A stretch of DNA of 64,000 nt. It comes from Takakia lepidozioides (lineage: Eukaryota > Plantae > Bryophyta). The notes beneath the pieces are model-generated. The model had not been told where the DNA came from. It searched no databases and worked only from the letters and a program-made list of their open reading frames with translations. Position 1 is the first letter of the stretch. Each line of letters starts with the position of its first letter. The DNA lies in contig CM060731.1 of assembly GCA_030704615.1 (NCBI GenBank), positions 23,808,001-23,872,000 of the forward strand, read 5' to 3'. Below, piece after piece: positions 49,587-60,988 of this stretch. Both the position numbers and the translations under genes were made by a program.

Positions 49587-52500
49587 ATGGCAGCACGCCC
49601 CGGCGCTCTCCTGACTGCGCAGGGAGACGGCAGGGCCCTGTCTTTTTCTTGCGGTGAACAGGCTGCATGCAGCAGATTATGGCGTGAGTCTGCGGAGCTG
49701 AAACAGGTATCCGGCTTGGCGATGCAGAGCGGGAGACCTACGGAAGTGATGACTGTGACATCAGCCCAGCCTCCAGGGCAATCCAAGAAAGGTACAGACG
49801 TGCAACTCTTGCTTTTGGGGTTTCTGGACTGTGTGCATCTCAGGGTGAGAACTGTCACAGAGAAAATTTTCTATGAGATCCAAGAGGTGCAAGCATTGTC
49901 AGTCGAGAAGGGATAGTTATCCAGAGCTGTGAACTTATTGTTGGGGTCCCTTGAGCAGCGCACAACCACAATTGCCACACACCATGAGGCATGGATATGT
50001 GCAGAGAGGGATAAAGTCTCCCACAAAATCTCAACCCTTCTCTAGCCAGTGTGAATTTTCTACTCTTCACTGCATGGAGAAAGCCTCTTAACGCCATAAC
50101 GCTAGCTCACAACCAAGCCATTAGGGGGAAATCAGTTGATGTAAGGGCTGTTATACCAGAAAACACTTGTCTATTCCAGCACTGCACGCCGGCCCCAATC
50201 CAACACAGATGTGATACATGTGTGGCAGTGAATTTGCTGCCAGTCCCAGAGCGCTCGAGAAAGGGCAGATGCAAGGAGAGAGATGTTAATTCCTGGAAAC
50301 CCAGCAATTGAATCCTTCAGTAAAACTCTGGCAATTAGGAACTCCTAAACATCTGTGTGTTTGCATGCAGGGCAAGCAATTAGCATAGAACTTCTCTGGC
50401 GAGCGTTCTTCTCAGATCCTTCGCAGTGGTGGGATAACAGGTTTGAGAAGGTGAGGCTAACATCATAGGACTTGAACATTTCTGGAAAGGAGGGATTGTG
50501 ACTGCAACTGGTGTGCTGGCATTCGGTGGAGGATTGTGTCGCATTAATTAATGACGATTTGTCTCTATATTGTGATAAGCGGAGGAATGGATATCAATAG
50601 GTGGTAGCAGGGCAGGAAAAGAGGTTGTTTAAGATATCCCTGTTATTTCGAAGACGCTTGGAGCTTCCATAATTGTGGCTTGGTCTATGTCAGGCTGTGT
50701 TAGAGCTCTGGCTGCTCAGCTGGCCGATTGTGGTTTTCACAGAAAAATTCAAGATCACCAGACTTCAGACACAAGCGGACAAAGGAGGTCCTTTGGATTG
50801 AGAGTTGGTCAAACCCTCCTTGGGTGGAATCAGAGCTAGCTGCCCTGATACAAGACCGAGCACAGCCTAGTACTGGTTATAATGTCGATGTACACCATGG
50901 AGCTCCAGACCAATTTTATAATGGGTATTGTTTAATAGCAATTCAAGATTCCCAGTTCAAACATATAGTAGATGACTTTACAATAACTGTGCAGTCCTGT
51001 TAATTTGTATCATGAGCCTCTTCTCATGAAGAGACATCCTTTTGAGGTATCTTGGACCTTTTTTTGAGTTGGAGTGCAAGGTCTGTAAGTAAGATTTTGA
51101 TGTATGGCAGGATGGCAGGGTTCAATCAGGCACAGTTGGTCACTGTGCATCAGATTGGTGGCACCTCCACCTCTGTTGACAGACGATCAAGAGAGGATGT
51201 CAACAGAAACTCTTCTGGCACTCGTGGTTATGTGAGAACACTCTGTAAGCCAGGACGGCTGAAAGAGACGCTGCACATTTTGAACCAACAGGGCATCCAG
51301 GCGGACTTCAGTACTTATGTCTGTCTCTTGCAGGAGTGCATCAAGATGAAAGATCTAGCAGGAGGAAAACAAGTGCATTCTCACATTATGGAAAGTGGGT
51401 TCAAGCCAAACATGCTTGTACTCAATAACCTTGTCAACATGTATGCGAAGTGTGGGAGCCTGGTGGATGCACGCCAAGTATTTACGGAAATGTGTGATCG
51501 GGATATGTTTACATGGACTATAATGATAGCAGGATATGCTAAGCGTGGGTTTGGTATGGAGGCTTTGGACATATATGAGCAAATGCAAAATGAAGGGGAG
51601 ACACCTGATAGGGTCACATTTATTTGTGTTCTCAATGCGTGTGCCAGCCTAGGAGCCCTGGAAAAGGGCAAGCAGGTCCATGCTGATATCATCAAAAGTG
51701 GAATTGCATCGTACATTAACTTGGAGACGGCCCTCATATACATGTATGCAAAATGTGGAAGCATGAAGGATGCACATCAAGTTTTTGCCAATATGGCTGA
51801 ACGAAATGTAGTCTCATGGAATGCCATGATCGCAGGATACTCTAAGCATGGGTGTGGTATGGAGGTTTTTGAGGTCTATGAGCAAATGCTACGGGATGGG
51901 GTGATGCCCGACAGGGTCACGTTTACTTGCATTCTTAATAGGTGTGCAAGCCTTCGAGCCGTGGAAAAGGGTAGAGAGGTTCATGCTGACATTATCAAAG
52001 CTGGAGTTGCAATAGATACCATCCTTGAGACTGCCCTTGCAGACATGTATGCCAAATGCGGGAGCATGGACGATTCTCGCCAAGTGTTCGATAATATGTC
52101 CAAAAGAGATGTGGTATCATGGAGTGTGATGATTGGAGGATACGCTCAGCATGGCTGTGGTAGAGAGGCGTTTGAGATGTATGAGCAAATGCAACAGAAA
52201 GGGGTGACACCTGACAAGGTCACATTTTCTTGCATTCTCAATGCATGTGTGAGCCTAAGAGATCTGGAAAAAGGAAAGCAGGTCCATGCTCACATGATCA
52301 AAGCTGGAGTTGCACAAGATGTAATTCTGGAGACTGCTCTTGCTGACATGTATGCAAAATGTGGGAGCATGAAGGATGCGCATCAAGTGTTTGACAATAT
52401 GGTCAAACGAGATGTGGTTGCATGGAGTGCGCTGATTGCAGGATATGCTCAGCATGGCTGTGGTAAGGAAGCTTTTCAGGTATACGAGCAAATGCAACGA

Positions 52501-53073
52501 GAAGGGGTGACACCTGACAGGGTCACATTCATCTGTATTCTCAATGCCTGTTCCAGCCTAGGAGCCCTGGAAAAGGGTAAAGAAGTCCATGCTGACATCG
52601 TGAAAGCTGGAATTGTGGCATATATTCATTTGGAGAATGCCCTTGTTAACATGTATGCCAAATGCGGGAGTGTAATTGATGCACGTCAAGTGTTTGACAA
52701 TATGGCTGAACGAGATGTAGTCTCATGGAGTGTGATGATTGCAGGATATGCCCAGCATGGTTGTGTTAGGGAGGTCCTTGAACTTTTTGAACAAATGCAG
52801 CAGGAAGGCTTGAAGCCTGATGGCATCACCTTTATATCTCTTCTCTCTGCATGTAGTCATGCAGGCCTGGTGGATGAAGGCCATTATTACTTCAATTCCA
52901 TGAGTGTAGATCATGGCCTCACTCCTACAGTGGAGCATTTTGGCTGCATGGCGGACCTTCTTGGACGTGCGGGGCGATTGGATGAAGCACAGAATTTCAT
53001 CAACGATATGCCATTTGAACCAGATGCTTTAGTTTGGCGGGCCTTGCTTTGTGCCTGCAGAATCCATGGGTAA
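49587..53073 (+). CDS. PDF-motif plus PLS-class PPR protein (exons 49587-49791, 50371-50450, 50743-50924, 51111-53073); reading frame stops in E1
   Basis: Phase-compatible GT-AG introns. PDF motif LWRAFFSDPSQWWDNRFEK|KNSRSPDFRHKRTKEVLWIESWSNPPWV. About 17 L/S/P repeats in 303-bp triplet units. TAA at 53071. Confidence 0.8.
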
Positions 53074-53608
53074 CTGGAGCTAGCAGAACGTGTGGCAAAA
53101 AGCATCCTTGAGAGGGATCCACAGCACGATGCGCTTATGTGCTGCTATCAAACATCTATGCTGCAGCAGGCAGGTGGGACGATAAGGCAAAGGTGAGAAA
53201 AATGATGGAGGACAGAGGTGTCAGAAAGCGGCCAGGGTCCAGCTCCATTGAGATCAAAAACCAGGTCCATGATGAATTACATCCAGAAATTAAAGAAATC
53301 CATGCTGAGCTGGACAGGTTGACTGGGCAGATGTAGGAAATCGGGTATATGACTGACACACACTCCGTAATGCATGAATTTGAGGAGGAGAGTTCTTTCT
53401 GCCACCACAGTGAGAAGCTGGCCATTGCCTTTGGGCTCATCAACACCCCCCCTGGTACGCCTATCCGTGTGATTTTTAAAGAACCTTCGTGTGTGTGATG
53501 ACTGCCACTCTGCCACCAAGTTCATTTCCAAGATTGTTGGGAGTCAGGGATGCCAACCGCTTCCACCACTTCAAAGATGGGGTTTGTTCTTGTGGGGATT
53601 ACTGGTGA
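53074..53608 (+). pseudogene. Disrupted E1/E2/DYW (PG-box type) deaminase tail of the PPR gene
   Basis: [48 protein letters not shown] and CSCGDYW* are recognisable across stops (53071, 53334), frameshifts and deletions. Confidence 0.92.
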
Positions 53609-56600
53609 GACAAGCAACATCATGAAGGAATTGCACCACCTCAAAGGCAAGGATCAGTTTTGGTCGTCATCACTACAGAGCACAAATTCTGAAAGAAACA
53701 GCTTGTGTTATTAAGTGGGACAGTCAGTAGTCCCCTTTCGCATGGTGATGCTCAAATGCAGGCTCATTATCAAGCACCAGCAGTGTACTTCAATTGAATA
53801 GCAGATTCAGGGCATCATTCATGTATGGGAGGACTCAGCTTCCAGCTAATAGTGGACATGAAGAAAATACTTGATGAGCTTCCCTGATGCCTCTGGCTAC
53901 AACACAAACTGCTTGAGGGGGTGAGAGAAGAAAGGGATCCCGGAAGCAATAGCACCCGGATGGAAGTATCTTCCCTTGAAACATTCATAACACGTCATGC
54001 AAGATAAAACAGTTTGAAATACCGATGATCAGGTTGGTGTTCCTTCACCCCCTAACTTCCTCAGCTTTATTTTCACTTTGTACTTACATATTGTTGGCAG
54101 GCACTGGGCTGCGCAGTCATGGTGGTTACACTCTCTTTTCTGTTTTTTGTTTTTTGTTTTTTTTTTCTCCCTTATAAAGAGTGCTATCATTGTCAAACAA
54201 CTATAGGTGGGGTCTGTGCCATGTGGTCAGTGGTCTGGCATCTTTGCTGATCTAGGTGCAATGGTATATTTTGTTGTTTTTGTTTTTATTTATTTATAAA
54301 ATGAAAGGGAACAGAGAATAGAGGCCCTAATAATCAAATTAATAAAAACGGAAGGGCCGAAGCCAAAAAGCATATAAGTACCACCCTGAAACCATAAACT
54401 AACAATTAAAACCTCAGCAACAATAGGCTTCTGAGGTATCTCAAATCCAACGTAGTTGAGGTTTAAAAGAAAAGAGAAGAACGAGGAAAAAATAACCTGT
54501 TAGAGGGGATACCATCCTGGGACCAAGATAAAGAATCCAAGCTCAGGGGGAGCTTCGCGTCTAATGAGAGCAAGAAGCAAAGGCCATAGAACAGCTAAAA
54601 GCAGAAGGGGGCTAAAGAGGAGAATAAGAAAATCAGGAGGACAAGTGTAAAAGCTACTTTGAAGGGGGGTTGGTATCGCATAGCACAGAGTTAAGATAAA
54701 CTAGTATAGCGTCATGGGAGAATCGAGCTACTGAGAAGTCAGCTCATCAAGATAGGTGACACAACGGCCCGTGAGCAGAATCCACGGTTAGGGGGGTAAT
54801 ATGTACTTCAGCGGAAATACAAATAATAGGTGGACATAGGGACTTTACTGAGCTAATAGGCGATACATCAAATCTGAATATAACTTAAACCTGAAGATCA
54901 GAATCCCCATGCACCTGTCAGATAGTTTGAACCTCTAGCCAAGTTTCGTTGGCGAAACCGAAAATACAAGTTTTGTTGGCAAAATCCATTTTCATTTCGC
55001 TGGCGAAACTCATTTTCTGGGTGGTTATTGGGGATGTTTTAAACACAATGTTACCAAATGTCACAATGTTTACATGCACAGGTCATTGTGCTCACGCGAC
55101 TTAAGCTTTGGACGATTAATTTCATGAATTTTTCGCTTGAGCATAGTTTTCGGAGAGTTTCGTATTTCTTACTGCGTGAGCGCATTTGGGTTTCGCAATA
55201 GCATATTCTCAAGAATATTCTAGAATATGCGGAATATTTCTTTGTGCTCACTCCCGCTGGCGTGAGCCTGCTCACATGCTAACCAACCCCCTTTGAAGGC
55301 CAAAATCAAGATGCGTTTTGGATTTGTTATGACACTTGCGGGTTCGCCAATTCATCTCCGGATCGTCCCCTTCCAAGTGAGGGCTCCCATTCTTTGGGGA
55401 GCCATTCATGCCAGATAATTCTGAAGTCGGAAAGTCTGGTCGAAAAATGTCTGGTGGAATGATGTCATCCTCGCCCATTGGGTACTGTGAGCGTAACCAA
55501 ACTAGAATATTTTATAGATCCTCAAAACATCATGTGAACATGCTACAACGAAACTAAAATGCGCTCATGCCACTAAAATGCGAAACTAAGATTTGTGCTC
55601 ACACAAAACTCTCTTTTTTATTTTAGTTTTAGTTTTAGTTTCTGGTATTCTCTTCTGAAATTATTTTGCAAACGTGACTGTATGTGCTCGCGTGAGCACA
55701 CAAATTGAAGTAGTTTCGCTAGCGAAATGCAGCATTTCCGGTCTTTCCTTCTTTTCGGGTGCGTGGTGCATGTGTGGCTTACCATCACTAATTTTTAAAT
55801 TTTTGGGTTTTTTTCGCAATTTATAATTTTATAATATTAAAATCAGTGTTTTGGTATGAAATATCTGTGTTTTACGGAGAGTTTTAGTTTAAATATACTG
55901 ATAGACCGTGTAACTGACCCTATTAACGTAGCAGTACCCTATGTCTGCGTATGACTTCTATTTCCTTTGCAAACATATTGCCCGTATAACCGCAGACTGT
56001 GCTCACGCCTGTTTTTTTCCCCTACCCGTGCCTTTTCTGCTCACGAAATACCAGCTTCCCCAAGAGAAGTCAGACTCTGCATGAACTTGTTGTCATCTGC
56101 TCTCCAAACATTTGCAAATAACTTACTTGTCAGTCTGAAGAGGCTGGACAGCTTGCTTTTTGCCATCATCTTGCATGACATTTAGTGCACTCGATGTGTG
56201 ATGCTCTTAAGATGGTAGTAGCTTTGGGGAAGCTATCAAATTTTTGGATACTTGGCCGCCACTCATAATTATGGGCAAGGTTGCATGGATTACGGCCTGC
56301 CAGCGTAAAACACTTGCTAATTACCAATACATTGGTATTAGTTAACTTTAGTATTAGTTAGTGTCTATATAATATTTTAATTCAATTAGTTAGTATTTCT
56401 AAGTACTTTGATAAGTTTGGAATTTTAAAAGGAGAGGCACTCTTCAAAAAATGGTTGAAGAATTTTCTTGAAATCTTGGCCCCGGGTTGATAAGAGTGGG
56501 TTATCATCCATGTTTGATTGATAATGGGCTTGATTGATGGGTGACGTCATGCACGTGGACGGCATGGGGATGGGCGATCATGTAATTGGGGTATTCATGT

Positions 56601-58479
56601 ATTGAACTGCGGGCGGCTGGGCGGCGGAGCCTCCCAAGGGAGGTCCGGGTGGGCCGTCCCTGTAGGGTATTCAACTCCCCCAGCACTTCTATTTTTTATT
56701 TATTTTTAATTTTAAAAGAAGGATCAGGCCTTGAGAACTTTACTGCAAAATGAGGGGAAAAAAATAAAACCCCATATAACACCCTAAGGGTCACACACCG
56801 CAGTCAGTGAGGGGGGATCCAGAGCCTGCACCTTGGAGTGCAGAGATCAACCAAAATATTACCGAACCATCCTAACCACCCCTGTAGTGCCCATAACAGC
56901 ACAAAACAAGTATGCGTCTAAGCATCAATTATCGAGAAGAACTCCTATTACTTGGCTTGATTGATAACCCTGGGTACGTAAATTATTAAGTAAATCTAAT
57001 AGTGGTCTCCGATGGGGTATGTCCCCGACTCACACCGCCAACACCCGACACCGGCGGGTCTTACAGAAAATAATAACCTCCCAACATTTGTAAATACTGG
57101 ATGGCTTACAGCAAAGATTTGCAATACTTTTTTCTTGTGTGAGCACATTTCATTTCTCCATAACATAAATTTCTCTGGACATTCCCAAAATATTATGTGG
57201 AGTCTCTTGTTGTGCTCACATGAGCATATGCAGTCACATTACCCAACCTCATTTGTTGGAGCAAGACCCTATTAAAAATATATGAAGCACACAAAGTGCA
57301 ACTTACGAAAGGTTTCCTTTAAAAAAATAAAATGGTTTTTATGTTCTTAAAACAAAACACACACACACACGTCCAAATCAGAGCCATAAGGTTCCATCGA
57401 TGCCTAGGTTTCTCATTTTAAATTTATACTTTCTCACTTAACCACCAGAAATTTATGTTTTAAGAGCTCTAGTTCAATCGTCGAGAGTCACCACAATGTT
57501 TGACCTATGCTGCGAACAAGACAATATTCTGGGCCTGACTTAAGAGTCTAATTTCTGTGTCTAACTAGTGTCAATTATTTATTATTATTATTTTGAAATA
57601 AAAAAAATCATATATTTGAAATTATGATAATAGTTTTCATATTCAATTTAATTTAAATAACAATTAAATTCTCATAATTGTCTTGTTTTCTTTTCCTGTT
57701 TACATTGAAGTATGGTATTTACTCTGGTTTTTTATATTATATTATAACCACCAACAAGAACTCCACACTCAAACTTGGTCTTGAAATTTGACTAAGGGCA
57801 TTACCATAGTGAGCTAGATCACGACAAAGAAGTTCCCTAACATTTCGGATTTCTAGGCAATAGTCCCTGGAAACCTACTTCCGCGTAGAGGCTCCACATA
57901 AGCACACATCACATTGCCTTCTAGTTGTCGTTCCTCCTGTGTGGTAGGTGAGGGTGTCAGTTTACGATCCATCAACCAATCAGCAGGCTACGTTTGTTTC
58001 AACTACCGCTCATGTGGTAGTGCCCTAAGTGCTAAGTTATATAAAAATGGACTAAGAAAAGTTACACAAGACATGGGTGACACTAGTCTGGGGTTGTAGT
58101 TTTGGCTGGGATGACGATACCCCATATTACAATAGCCCCCCATCAAAGAATCAAACCCAAAATCTCGTTGCCTACAATGCAATCACTTTACCAACATATT
58201 TAACCACTCCACAACACCCTCTTGGGTTCTTAAGTATTTAATAGTGAAACCTAGGTAAGAGGGGGTAGAGTGGGAAGGATTTGAATGGCCCTCGCCAGAG
58301 GAGCCCAGGTTGTCGGAAGCCGGCAAAAGTACGGACGAATATATATTTATATATACTAGGGTAGGTAGCGTGTGTCGTTGGTCCATGTGTGAAAAATTGA
58401 AATCTAAGACCAAATGTAATTTCCTATGAATCCAAGCGCGTCTTGTATGTTAAGGCCCATCTAAGCCCAAGTGTAATCT

Positions 58480-58807
58480 CCTCTAGTGTCATTCGACTAA
58501 CAATTAATTTTGTAATTTAGTTGAATTTTAAGCGACCAATATCGCTCATATTTCTATGATTCTCGGCCCGTAGGTCCAAATTTTGTGAACCCAAGTCGGT
58601 GCACCCTACTTATCGAGGGCTTAATTTCAACGGTACTGTCGCCTCTATCTAGCAACCTCCAGTGTCATTTCTACACTTGAATTTATAGTTTATTTGAATT
58701 TTCAGCTACCAAAATTGTTTATAATTCCATAAGTCTTGGCCCTTATGTCTAAATTTTGTGAAACTAAGTCGGTGCACCCTACTCATCGAGGGCTTTCCAA
58801 CGGTACT
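58480..58807. repeat. Tandem duplication of a ~178-bp unit
   Basis: Two copies, each ending AAATTTTGTGAA..AAGTCGGTGCACCCTACT.ATCGAGGGCTT...CAACGGTACT. Confidence 0.8.
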
Positions 58808-59608
58808 AAAACACATGGCCTCAACATAGGAGACACAATTGGATACAGAAGGGATTGCACTTGGACTTAGATGACACTAGACACTTGGGCCAACGGCACA
58901 GGCTACCCTAATATATAGGAGGCCAACCCAAGTTAGCATAAATAAGAGCCTTTTCCCCTTTGCAGGTTCGCCCCCTGTTACTTAGAGGTGGGCTCTATAA
59001 AAGGGCAGCAATGACAACAACAACAGGTCCGCTGATGGAACACCCAAGCTAAGATCTTTGTCAAATTGAAAACAAAGGATCATAATTCTATCCAGCTCAG
59101 AGGGGAGCAGACTAAACTGCAAAGTGAAACACAGGCAGAAGATGCCAGCACCAAAACCAAGGAACAGAAAACCAAAGAAGCCCAACGGAGACCTCTCCCA
59201 AGTTTGTTTAACGTCCAGTGAATCTAGTGAATCCAGTGAATCTCGAGCTACGAAGAAAGAGACCAAGCCCAACTAAAGCAGAGCATAACAGAAGCAATGC
59301 CAACTACAACAGAAGAGAAACCCCAAAAAAATCACTTAACCCATCCTATCAAACTTGAAGTAAGACAGAAAGGGGTAAAGGGGATCTTGAATCAATATAC
59401 TATCCATCAAAATTTGCATCCGTGTATTGTGACGGCATGCAATGTCATTCATGATGCATGTCTTACGGAATCATGTAAAAGGTGACAGAGTAACAGCACA
59501 ACTCTTCGTAAGGTACCATCAATAGAGAGAGTGCTTGGGCCCAGGCTTCACTGCTCTTGGAGCTTCGTTTGATTTGATCAACAGGGCGAGTTAAGAACTC
59601 ATGTAATA

Positions 59609-60336
59609 CCGTCCCTGGACAACCGTTTAGGCATTTTTGCGCCTAATAATAAAATCAATCAATCAGAAATTAGGCATGTTTTGAAAACAATTTCTCAAAT
59701 TAGGCATCTTCATGCTATAATTTTTTAGAATCAGGCACATGAGAAGAGAAAACATTTATTTTCTTAAGAATTAAATTACAAAATAGACACCCAATGCCCA
59801 TGGCCCCTTCTAGGCTCCAGCTACCTTTTATTTCCTTTGAAACCCTAAAAATGCCCGTCTTTGTTGTACACGGTGCTCCAAGGCTCAAGCTGGTACAGGC
59901 AAGCTCTCCCTTGGCTCTCACACTTTAGGTGAGTTCAATATTGATAGTCCACACTAGTGTAGGCAAGTTGGTACAGGGCTTTGGTACATTGGTCATTGGG
60001 TAGGCACGCTGGTTCATGGCTTTGATACATTGGTCATTGGGTACACTAGTTTTCATATTGGTATGCTGATGCACTCTTACATAATGGTACTCTTGAGTTG
60101 TGGTAGGCTGGTAGGCTAGTTATTTCCGCACGCATATATTTGTATTGATTTTTGTTCAAAGAAATTTTGATCTTATTACAAACAACATGAGAAGAGTTTT
60201 TTGGTGGAATTTTTGGGCATTAGGCACTTGGTCCCATAATCTCCCAACAATTAGGCCAAAATCTGAAAAATTCACAAAATTGATTAGGCACTTTTATTTT
60301 GAATTAATTATCGCCTAAACGGTTGTCCAGGGACGG
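59609..60336. mobile_element. Tc1/mariner (pogo-like) MITE (728 bp)
   Basis: Perfect 24-bp TIR CCGTCCCTGGACAACCGTTTAGGC, flanked by TA on both sides. Confidence 0.92.
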
Positions 60337-60988
60337 TAGTGTCTGTAGATGCCTGGGAGATGAGAAATGAGGAAGTGTTGCATCCGACCTTTGCGATCAT
60401 TTATTGTACGCATGCACTAAAGCCAAAGGGAGAACTAAGCTAAGTAAGAGCATCGTCCAAGACAATGAAGTCCTTAACCCCTTGGTAGCTCGGCCATCTC
60501 AGGAGGATCGAATGCCACCCTCATGGAAATTCGAAGACAAATTCGGGTATGGCGTTTGCTATCTGAGCAGCCAGGTCGGGTGTTGATTGTTGTCAAAGGT
60601 GTGACGAGAGTGTGATACTTGATATAACCAATATAGACCCGCCCAACACGGATACGTATTATCATTATCTCTCTCTTACTGTGAATCTTGTAGTTAGTAT
60701 CTTTGACTTACTTTAATGGAATCTAAGTTTTCCACCTGGACTTTGTCGCCATGGCCGTCAGTTTCTACAGTTGCGACGAGCTCTCGATCGCTTCAACCGA
60801 TGCGGACTTGGACTTACGACAATTGCGGAGCAGATTGAACAGGAGCTGCTGAGGTGACATTGGTGTAGCGAGAGTTCATAAACCCACAACAGGTGCTGCA
60901 AACTTCTTTACTTCTGGTGTGGGAGAGAGTGTTGCAGGTGGGTGATTGCATGTGTGACAGAGCGAGGTACAATCGGGAGGGAGCAGCT

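Noticed and set aside
53071-53073. Stop codon repaired by U-to-C editing
   Set aside because: This is a nuclear gene, and downstream frameshifts and deletions would still destroy the DYW domain.
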